This document shows, one piece after another, positions 49,901 to 61,800 of a stretch of DNA of 64,000 bases (position 1 is its first letter; each line of letters opens with the position of its first letter). Source of the DNA: Anthoceros angustus. Its lineage: Eukaryota > Plantae > Anthocerotophyta. The notes below the pieces were generated by a model. The model searched no databases. It was given only the letters and a program-made list of their open reading frames with translations, and had not been told where the DNA came from. Position numbers and translations under genes: made by a program. The stretch is taken from positions 744,001 to 808,000 of the forward strand of contig MU008156.1 in assembly GCA_010909165.1 (NCBI GenBank). Direction: 5' to 3'.

Positions 49901-52900
49901 AGAAGAATGCGGAGCATGAAGCATACAATGAAAATCGCAAAGGGATCAAATATTATGTTATTGGCAAAAGAAAAGGACAAGGCTGCACTTGAGGTGGAAT
50001 GTAAAAGCAAGTCGAAACATTTTTTCCTTGTGGAATGCTAGTAGCTCAACATTTCAAATCATATTTGTGCGAATGAGTTGAGAACATTGTATCGACTAGG
50101 CAATCGCAGACGGAAGAACACTATCGGATGAAGAGTTGTTATCTTTGAAATTTGAAATACCGTAAGATCCACCGCTTCCGGACCATCAATGTATAAAAAT
50201 ATTGATGATCTGATTCAATAGGCTTAAAAATGTTGCACAAGAAGAAAATTATGGACTACAGGCATCCACCGCATTGCCCAAGAAGGGACTACAGCATCCA
50301 CCGCATTGCCCAAGAAGGGATTACAGCATCCACCACATTGCCCAAAAGGGACAACAGCATCAACGACATTGACTAGAAAGGGACTACAAACATCCACAAT
50401 TGAAAGTATACAGGCATCCACGGCCATTGCCCAAGAAGGACTACAGTGCATCCATAGTTGAAAGTGTACTGCAACTAGCTCAACTCATGAGTTAGACCTT
50501 GCTAAACTACAAGACAAAAACTAGCTTAGAACAAGAGATAAAACAGCTTCAACAAGAAAGGAATTAGAAAATGAAAAGCAGAAAGCATATCAAGAGCTCC
50601 AAGCATTGCAGGAGAAGAATGCGAGCATGAAGCATACAATGAAAATCGCAAAGGGATCGTAAATATTATGTTATTGGCAAAAGAAAAGGACAAGGCTGCA
50701 CTTGAGGTGGAATGTAAAAGCAAGTCGAAACATTTTTTCCTTGTGGAATGCTAGTAGCTCAACATTTCAAATCGTTATATTGTGCGAATGAGTTGAGAAC
50801 ATTGTATCGACTAGGCAATCGCAGACGGAAGAACACTATCGGATGAAGAGTTGTTATCTTTGAAATTTGAAATACGGAAGATCCACCAGTGCTTCCGGAC
50901 CTTCAATGTATAAAAATATTGATGATCTGATTCAATAGGCTTAAAAATGTTGCACAAGAAGAAAATTATGGACTGTGCATCCACCGCATTGCCCAAGAAG
51001 GGACTACAGCATCCACCGCATTGCCCAAGAAGGGATTACAGGCATCCACCACATTGCCCAAAAGGGACAACAGCATCAACGACATTGACTAGAAAGGGAC
51101 TACAAACATCCACAATTGAAAGTATACAGCCGCATCCACGGCACCGCCATTGCAAGAAGGACTACAGGCATCCATAGTTGAAAGTGTACTGCAACTAGCT
51201 CAACTCATGAGTTAGACCTTGCTAAACTACAAAGACAAAAACTAGCTTAGAACAAGAGATAAAACAGCTTCAACAAGAAAGGAATTAGAAAATGAAAAGC
51301 AACAGAAGCATATCAAGAGCTCCAAGCATTGCAGGGAGAAGAATGCGAGCATGAAGCATACAATGAAAATCGCAAAGGGATCGAAATATTATGTTATTGG
51401 CAAAAGAAAAGGACAAGGCTGCACTTGAGGTGGAATGTAAAAGCAAGTCGAAACATTTTTTCCTTGTGGAATGCTAGTAGCTCAACATTTGAAAATCGTT
51501 ATATTGTGCGAATGAGTTGAGAACATTGTATCGACTAGGCACCGCAGACGGAAGAACACTATCGGATGAAGAGTTGTTATCTTTGAAATTTGAAATACGG
51601 AAGATCCACCAGTGCTTCCGGACCTTCAATGTATAAAAATATTGATGATCTGATTCAATAGGCTTAAAAATGTTGCACAAGAAGAAAATTATGGACTACA
51701 GGCATCCACCGCATTGCCCAAGAAGGGACTACAGCATCCACCGCATTGCCCAAGAAGGGATTACAGCATCCACCACATTGCCCAAAAGGGACAACAGCAT
51801 CAACGACATTGACTAGAAAGGGACTACAAACATCCACAATTGAAAGTATGCATCCACGGCACCGCCATTGCAAGAAGGACTGGTGCATCCATAGTTGAAA
51901 GTGCATGTGCTCCATCCACGGCACCGCCATTGCCCAAAGAGGGACTGTGCATCCGCAGTTGAAAGTATACAGTGCATCCACAGCTCCGCCATTGCCCAAA
52001 GAGGGACCATGCATCCACTAAAAGTATACAGGCTCCATCCACATCTCCGCCATTGCCCAAAGAGGGACTACAGGCATCCACAACTAAAAGTACACATGCT
52101 CCATCCACGCCATTGCCCAAAGAGGGACTACAAGCATCCACAGTTGAAAGTATACAGGCATCCACCGCATTGCCCCAAAAGGGACTGTGCATCTATGTTA
52201 TTGATTGGAAAGGGACTACAGGCATCCACAGGCGCCACCATTGCCGGCGCCCAAGAAGGTCTACAGCATCCACGACAATTCCCGGAGGAGCTACAGACAT
52301 CCACGACACCACTTAGGTTGACTCGCATGGAGAAGCAAAACAAAAAGTCACAAAAGAGCAAAAGTCTATCGATCAACATGGAAAGAAAAGATATGATTAC
52401 AACTCGAATGCCAATATTTTTCGTGCTTAGAAGTTGATGATGGTTGCGAAATGGATGGCATGTCATCAATTCCAAAGTCATCGGAGGTTGTGAGAAAAAC
52501 AACTCATGGGGTCTCAAAGGCCCATGTTGACAAAGCAAATTCGTGTTTGGATCTTGATCGGGGTAAAATGCAATAATTCACTAGCCTTGAAGATATCAAT
52601 GCCTATTGGGGACGAAGATACATTTTTGATAAGGACTCTCAAAAGAACTTCAATGCAATTCTGGTGCCAACCATTTCCATGACACATGTCTACTTCCTAA
52701 TGAAGACCCTTTGAATGCCATGCATTCTAGAGCAATAGCAAGGCCTCATAAGGCAAGTGGTCACAAGGCTTCAAAGAAAAAGGAGAGTTGCTGGTCCGGA
52801 TCAAGAAAAAGTCTTCATATGCATGTTTTGGTCCCGATCAAGAAAAAGTCTTCATATGCATGTTTTGGAGCACGTGGTTGGATTTTCCTAGCTATTTTAT

Positions 52901-54744
52901 TGTTATTGGTGTGATGATTGCCTATATGTGCTTTTCACGTTAAGTTTTCGAATGACTCAAGCAAGTTTATTTTTGTAGTACGTCGCTATGATGTAAGCAA
53001 GTTCACTTGAAAAATACTCCCTATGTTCTCAAATTTTTAATTTTATTTTCACCAAGAGATGCTTCAACAAGAAGGGAATTAGAAAATGAAAAGCAGAAAG
53101 CATATCAAGAGCTCCAAGCATTGCAGGAGAAGAATGCGAGCATGAAGCATACAATGAAAATCGCAAAGGGATCGTAAATATTATGTTATTGGCAAAAGAA
53201 AAGGACAAGGCTGCACTTGAGGTGGAATGTAAAAGCAAGTCGAAACATTTTTTCCTTGTGGAATGCTAGTAGCTCAACATTTCAAATCGTTATATTGTGC
53301 GAATGAGTTGAGAACATTGTATCGACTAGGCAATCGCAGACGGAAGAACACTATCGGATGAAGAGTTGTTATCTTTGAAATTTGAAATACGGAAGATCCA
53401 CCAGTGCTTCCGGACCATCAATGTATAAAAATATTGATGATCTGATTCAATAGGCTTAAAAATGTTGCACAAGAAGAAAATTATGGACTACGAGGCATCC
53501 ACCGCATTGCCCAAGAAGGGACTACAGGCATCCACCGCATTGCCCAAGAAGGGATTACAGGCATCCACCACATTGCCCAAAAGGGACAACAGCATCAACG
53601 ACATTGACTAGAAAGGGACTACAAACATCCACAATTGAAAGTATACAGTGCATCCACGGCACCGCCATTGCAAGAAGGACTGGTGCATCCATAGTTGAAA
53701 GTGTCTGTGCTCCATCCACGCGCCCGCCATTGCCCAAAGAGGGACTGCATCCGCAGCTTGAAAGTATACAGTGCATCCACAGCCCGCCATTGCCCAAAGA
53801 GGGACTGAGCATCCACTAAAAGTATACAGCTCCATCCACATCTCCGCCATTGCCCAAAGAGGGACTACAGGCATCCACAACTAAAAGTACACATGCTCCA
53901 TCCACGGCACCGCCATTGCCCAAAGAGGGACTACAAGCATCCACAGCTTGAAAGTATACAGGCATCCACCGCATTGCCCCAAAAGGGACTACAGGCATCT
54001 ATGTTATTGATTGGAAAGGGACTACATGCATCCACGCCACCATTGCCGGCGCCCAAGAAGGTCTACAGGCATCCACGATTCCGCGGAGGAGCTGAGACAT
54101 CCACGACACCACTTAGGTTGACTCGCATGGAGAAGCAAAACAAAAAGTCACAAAAGAGCAAAAGTCTATCGATCAACATGGAAAGAAAAGATATGATTAC
54201 AACTCGAATGCCAATATTTTTCGTGCTTAGAAGTTGATGATGGTTGCGAAATGGATGGCATGTCATCAATTCCAAAGTCATCGGAGGTTGTGAGAAAAAC
54301 AACTCATGGGGTCTCAAAGGCCCATGTTGACAAAGCAAATTCGTGTTTTGGATGCTGATCGGTAAAATGCAATAATTCACTAGCCTTGAAGATATCAATG
54401 CCTATTGGGGACGAAGATACATTTTTGATAAGGACTCTCAAAAGAACTTCAATGCAATTCTGGTGCCAACCATTTCCATGACACATGTCTACTTCCTAAT
54501 GAAGACCCTTTGAATGCCATGCATTCTAGAGCAATAGCAAGGCCTCATAAGGCAAGTGGTCACAAGGCTTCAAAGAAAAAGGAGAGTTGCTGGTCCGGAT
54601 CAAGAAAAACAGTCTTCATATGCATGTTTTGGTCCCGATCAAGAAAAAGTCTTCATATGCATGTTTTGGAGCACGTGGTTGGATTTTCCTAGCTATTTTA
54701 TTGTTATTGGTGTGATGATTGCCTATATGTGCTTTTCACGTTAA
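46966..54744 (+). CDS. Array unit 5: PPI-like repeat protein with repeated re-entry into the PPI-like block; frameshifted
   Basis: Jumps back into the PPI-like block at about 50466, 51186 and 53061; tail stop codons at 52943 and 54744. Confidence 0.45.
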
Positions 54745-55816
54745 GTTTTCGAATGACTCAAGCAAGTTTATTTTTGTAGTACGGTCGCTATGATGTAAGC
54801 AAGTTCACTTGAAAAATACTCCCTATGTTCTCAAATTTTTAATTTTATTTTCCGAAGAGATGAGTTTTTCATATCTTTGTCTTATTACAAATTCCATGTA
54901 TTGCTCTGCTTAGTATGGTGCTAGTTTGTTTGAACAACTTAGATGGTTGGGGGATCGGAGGGAGGGTACGCAGTAACCATCGAGCTATGCTACCTCCCAT
55001 AGCATCGATCCCACGTGTATTGTCGTTGTTCAGTATATCCTACATATGGCACTGTCTAGTAGAATTCTTAACATGCGATTTTGTTACAAGCATGCCTTCA
55101 CATGTAAAGACCATCAAGTAGTAGATCCTCCAAAAGGAAACCTTGTACTTCTAAGTCCATCAAATACTAAGCCCATCCAAGAAAACCAATACCACCAATA
55201 TGACCAGTTCACTGGTTTATCATAGAATAATCTTCCAATCCATACATTCTTATTAAATTTGAGCATACATTTCACTTACCTTAAGCTCCAAAGCTAGCCT
55301 TTTCTATAAGCCGCAGACTTGCCATAATTGCACAGCTAATTTTGGGACTCCTTACAACGACACATGTATGGACTACCCCTATAGGCAACATTCTCTCTAT
55401 AAATTACATAGTAATATATATAAGCGTGTTTCCAAGCATATAACTACTTCTATAAGCATGACTTGTTAATGTATATAGTTCTTAGTTTACCTCATTTTAT
55501 TTTCTTATTGTATTTCAACGTTCTTATTTCTAGCTTTATACAACTATTTTAGGGATGGTTCTAAGTTAGAAGTTCATACCCCTATATGAGGATATAGGCT
55601 AGTACAAAGTCAAAGCGATTACTACATACTCCAAGAAAAAATCTCGATAGTTCACACTATTGTGCTATATATGTAAATACAACATTTGATTGAGCTCAAG
55701 AAGCTTTATGAGTTACTTGAGTTTTTCGAATCAAAATTATTCGCCTTCTTGGTCAAATCTCCTTGTACGTAAATCAAACTTGTGACCTAGTTGCCTAAAT
55801 GCTGTGGGGCATCAAG

Positions 55817-58800
55817 ATGAGCACGATGGAGAAGACTTCAAAAGCCGGGTGTTAGAGGAGACTACTGACCCACCGTAGTGGAGGAGACTCTAGCACCCAC
55901 GATGGTGGAGAGACTCTAGCGCCCATGGTGGTGGAGAGTCAGGACCCAAGGTGATGGCGGAGGAGGCATCTGCAAGAGCCATGGCGGTGGCCGAGCTCAA
56001 GACTCTAGCATCCACCGTGGGGGAAGAGGAGGAGACTAGTACAACAAGAGCCACATGGTGGAGAAGGAGGAGCATACTACAGGAGCCACGGTCATGTTGG
56101 AGGCGGAGGAGACTCAACAGCAGCCAGTGGAGGAGGAGGAGCATCGCAAGAGCCATAGTCATGGTGGAGGAGGAGGAGCATCTGCAGGAGCCACGGTCAT
56201 GTTGGAGGCGAGGAGACTCCAACAGAGCCACGGGAGGAGGAGGAGCGTCTTGCACGAGCCATAGTCATGGTGGAGGAGGAGGAGACTACAAGAGCTACGG
56301 TGAGGAGGAGGAGCATATTGCAGCACCCACGGTCATGTTGGAGGCAGAGGAGACTCCAGCAGCCACAAGTGGAGGAGGAGGAGCATCGCACGAGCCATAG
56401 TCATGGTGGAGGAGGAGGAGACTACAAGAGCTACGGTGGAGGAGGAGGCATATTGCAGCCACGGTCATGTTGGAGGCGGAGGAGACTGCAGAGCCACAGT
56501 GGAGGAGGAGGAGACTACAAGAGCCACGGTGGTGGGCGATGAGGAAACTATAAGAACCACGGTGCAGACAATGAGCATACTACAAGAGCCCGGAGAAGAG
56601 GAGGAGCATATTGAAGGAGCCACTACCATGGTGGAGGAGGAGGCTGCAGGCCACGATGGATGGGGAGGAGACTACAGGAGCCAAGATGGTGGAGGATGAG
56701 GAGACTACAAGAGCCATGGTGGAGGAGGAGGAGCATCGCAAGAGCCACGCCGTGGTGGAGGATGAGCAGATCAGTGCAGCCACGGTGGAGGAGGAGGAGA
56801 CTACAAGACCCACATTGCATGTGGAGGACGAGCATATTGCGACCACGCCATGGTGGAGGATGAGGAAACCACAGGAGCCAAGATGGAGGAGGAGGAGACT
56901 ACAGGAGCCACGGTGGTGGAGGCTGCAGTGCTACCCACACGCGTGGTGAAGGAGGAGGAGACTACAAGACCCACCGTAGTGGAGGAGACTCTAGCACCCA
57001 CGATGGTGGAGAGACTCTAGCGCCCATGGTGGTGGAGGAGTCAACAGGACCCAAGGTGATGGCGGAGGAGGAGACTGCAAGAGCCATGGCGGTGGCCGAG
57101 CTCAAGACTCTAGCATCCACCGTGGGGGAAGAGGAGGAGACTAGTACAACAAGAGCACATGGTGGAGAAGGAGGAGCATACTACAGGAGCCACGGCCGTG
57201 GTGGAGGCGGAGGAGACTACAGGAGCCAAGATGGAGGAGGAGGAGCATACTGCAAGAGCCATAGTCATGGTGGAGGAGGAGGAGCATCTGCAGAGCCACT
57301 CATGTTGGAGGCAGAGGAGACTACAAGAGCTACGTGGAGGAGGAGGAGCGACGCACGAGCCATAGTCATGGTGGAGGAGGAGGAGACTACAAGAGCTACG
57401 GTGGAGGAGGAGGAGCATATTGCACCCACGGTCATGTTGGAGGCAGAGGAGACTCCAACAGCAGCCACAGTGGAGGAGGAGGAGCATCTGCACGAGCCAT
57501 AGTCATGGTGGAGGAGGAGGAGACTACAAGAGCTACGGTGGAGGAGGAGGAGACTAGTACAACAAGAGCCACGGTCATGTTGGAGGCAGAGGAGACTCCA
57601 ACAGCAGCCACAGTGGAGGAGGAGGAGACTACAAGAGCCACGGTGGGACGATGAGGAAACTATAAGAACCACGCAGTGTGACAATGAGCATACTACAAGA
57701 GCCCGGAGAAGAGGAGGAGCATATTGAAGGAGCCACGGTCATGGTGGAGGATGAGGAGACTGCAGGCCACGATGGATGGGGAGGAGACTACAAGACCCAC
57801 ATTGCATGTGGAGGATGAGGAGACTACAAGAGCCATGGTGGAGGAGGAGGCATCTTGCACGAGCCACGCCGTGGTGGAGGATGAGCGATCGCAGTGCAGC
57901 CACGTGGAGGAGGAGGAGACTACAAGACCCACATTGCATGTGGAGCATATTGCAGCACCACGCTCATGGTGGAGGATGAGGAAACTACAGGAGCCAAGAT
58001 GGAGGAGGAGGAGACTACAAGAGCCATGGTGGTGGAGGAGACTGCAGTGCTACCCACACGCGTGGTGAAGGAGGAGGAGACTACAGGAGCCACGGTGGCG
58101 GAGGAGACTGCAGAGCCACGGGAGGAGGAGGAGGAGCATCTGCAAGAGCCATAGTCATGGTGGAGGAGGAGGAGACTGCAGAGCCACCATGTTGGAGAGG
58201 AGACTCCAGCAGTGGAGGAGGAGGAGGAGCATCGCACGAGCCATAGTCATGGTGGAGGAGGAGGAGACTACAAGAGCTACGGTGGAGGAGGAGGAGCATA
58301 TTGCACCCACGGTCATGTTGGAGGCAGAGGAGACTCCAGCCAGCAGCCAGTGGAGGAGGAGGAGCATCTGCACGAGCCATAGTCATGGTGGAGGAGGAGA
58401 CTACAAGAGCTACGTGGAGGAGGAGGAGCATACTACAGAGCCACGGTCATGTTGGAGGCAGAGGAGACTCCAGCAGCCACAGTGGAGGAGGAGGAGACTA
58501 CAAGAGCCACGGTGGGACGATGAGGAAACTATAAGAACCACGTGCAGACAATGAGCATACTACAAGAGCCCGGAGAAGAGGAGGAGCATATTGAAGGAGC
58601 CACGGTCATGGTGGAGGATGAGGAGACTGCAGGCCACGATGGATGGGGAGGAGACTAGAAGAGCCACGGTGGAGGATGAGGAGACTACAAGAGCCATGGT
58701 GGAGGAGGAGGGGCATATCGCACGAGCCACGCCGTGGTGGAGGATGAGCGATCGCAGTGCAGCCACGGTGGAGGAGGAGGAGACTACAAGACCCACATTG

Positions 58801-61800
58801 CATGTGGAGGACGAGCATATTGCGACCACGCTCATGGTGGAGGATGAGGAAACTACAGGAGCCAAGATGGAGGAGGAGGAGACTACACGAGCCACGGTGG
58901 TGGAGGAGACTGCAGTGCTACCCACACGCGTGGTGAAGGAGGAGGAGGAGGAGACTACAGAGCCACGGTGGCGGAGGAGACTCGACTACCCAAGATGGTG
59001 GAAGAGGAGCATACTGGAGCCACAGAATGGTGGGCGAGGAGAATATTACACGCTACGGTGATGGAGGAAGAGGAGGAGACTCAGCAGCCACAATGGTCAA
59101 GAAGGAGGAGGAGACCCTAGTAGAAACCACGGTGGTGGTGGAGGAGGTGGAGACTCAACATGCGCCTGCATGGTGGTGGAGGATGAGGAGGAGTCTCAAA
59201 CAACATCAACGGTGGTGATTCCGGAGGAGGAGGAGACTCTAATGGTGGATCCAAGGAGGAGACTCTAGCAGATCCATGGTGTTGGAGGATCGTGAAGAGG
59301 CGATGTTTCAGAGCCACGGCGAAGGTGGATATTTCATACGTAATCTACAACGAGAGTAGCTCAAAATTAGGGCCCATGATAGAGGAGACTCTAGAATTAG
59401 AATCGGCTGGAGGAGACTCTAGAATCCATGCATATGGCGAAGAGTCCAAAATCGACTCCATGGCGAGGAGAGTCCGAATCAAAATCCACGGTGGAGGAGA
59501 CTCCACAACCAAAATCCACGGCGAAGGATACAAAATGTATTTTGTCAAATATCCAAAGCCTCTTGAAAGTTCATACAATGGAAAAATTGCATCAAAGGAG
59601 CTTGAAGTGAAGTGGTATACAGTGCGAGATGTTTTACATGCTGGAGTTGTATTCAAAAGGTATGAGAAGGACAACGTGCTCACTATGTTGAAAAGCAGTA
59701 CGTGCAACTAGCTCAACTCATGAGTTAGACCTTGCTAAACTACAAAGACAAAAACTAGCTTAGAACAAGAGATAAAACAGCTTCAACAAGAAGGGAATTA
59801 GAAAATGAAAAGCAGAAAGCATATCAAGAGCTCCAAGCATTGCATGTGAGAAGAATGCGAGCATGAAGCATACAATGAAAATCGCAAAGGGATCAAATAT
59901 TATGTTATTGGCAAAAGAAAAGGACAAGGCTGCACTTGAGGTGGAATGTAAAAAGCAAGTCGAAACATTTTTTCCTTGTGGAATGCTAGTAGCTCAACAT
60001 TTCAAATCGTTATATTTGTGCGAATGAGTTGAGAACATTGTATCGACTAATCGCAGACGGAAGAACACTATCGGATGAAGAGTTGTTATCTTTGAAATTT
60101 GAAATACCAAGATCCACCGCTTCCGGACCTTCAATGTATAAAAATATTGATGATAATCTGATTCCAATAGGCTTAAAATGTTGCACAAGAAGAAAATTAC
60201 GGACTAGGCATCCACCGCATTGCCCAAGAAGGGACTACAGCATCCACCGCATTGCCCAAGAAGGGATTACAGCATCCACCACATTGCCCAAAAGGACAAC
60301 AGCATCAACGACATTGACTAGAAAGGGACTACAAACATCCACAATTGAAAGTATGTGCATCCACCGCATTGCCCAAGAAGGACTACATCCATAGTTGAAA
60401 GTATACAGCATCCACAGTTGAAAGTATACAGCTCCATCCACGGCACCGCCATTGCCCAAAGAGGGACTACAGGCATCCGCAGCTGAAAGTATACAAGTGC
60501 ATCCACAGCTCGCCATTGCCCAAAGAGGGACTACAGCATCCACTAAAAGTATACAGCTCCATCCACATCTCCGCATTGCCCAAAGAGGGACTACAGCATC
60601 CACAACTAAAAGTACACATGCTCCATCCACGCCCGCCATTGCCCAAAGAGGGACTACAAGCATCCACAGTTGAAAGTATACAGGCATCCACCGCATTGCC
60701 CAAAAGGGACTACAGCATCTATGTTATTGATTGGAAAGGGACTAGGCATCCACGCCACCATTGCGGGCGCCCAAGAAGGTCTACAGCATCCACCACATTG
60801 CCCAAGAAGGAGGAGGCTGCAGTGCTACCCACACGCGTGGTGAAGGAGGAGGAGACTACTGGAGCCACGGTCATGGTGGAGGAGACTCGACTACCCAAGA
60901 TGGTGGAAGAGGAGCATACTACAGAGCCAGTGGTGGTGGACGAGGAGAATATTACACGCTACGGTGATGGAGGAAGAGGAGGAGACTCCAACAGCCACAA
61001 TGGTCAAGAAGGAGGAGGAGACCTAGTAGAAACCACGGTGGTGGTGGAGGAGGTGGAGACTCCAACAGAGCCACGGCCGTGGTGGAGGATGAGGAGGAGT
61101 CTCAAACAACATCAACGGTGGTGATTCGAGGAGGAGACTCTAGCGGACGTGTTGGTGGATCCAAGGAGGGACTCTAGCAGATCCATGGTGTTGGAGGATC
61201 GTGAAGAGGCGCATGTTTGAGCCACAAGGTGGATATTTCATACGTAATCTACAACGGAGTAGCTCAAAATTAGGGCCCATGATAGAGGAGACTCTAGAAT
61301 TAGAATCGGCTGGAGGAGACTCTAGAATCCATGCATATGGCGGCGAAGAGTCCAAAATCGACTCCATGGCGGAGGAGAGTCCGGAATCAAAATCCACGGT
61401 GGAGGAGACTCCACAAAATCCACTAGAAGGATACAAAATGTATTTTGTCAAATATCCAAAGCCTCTTGAAAGTTCATACAATGGAAAAATTGCATCAAAG
61501 GAGCTTGAAGTGAAGTGGTATACAGAGTGCGAGATGTTTTACATGCTGGAGTTGTATTCAAAAGGTATGAGAAGGACAACGTGCTCACTATGTTGAAAGC
61601 GGCTCGTGCAACTAGCTCAACTCATGAGTTAGACCTTGCTAAACTACAAAGACAAAAACTAGCTTAGAACAAGAGATAAAACAGCTTCAACAAGAAGGGA
61701 ATTAGAAAATGAAAAGCAACAGAAGCATATCAAGAGCTCCAAGCATTGCAGAGAAGAATGCGGAGCATGAAGCATACAATGAAAATCGCAAAGGGATCGA

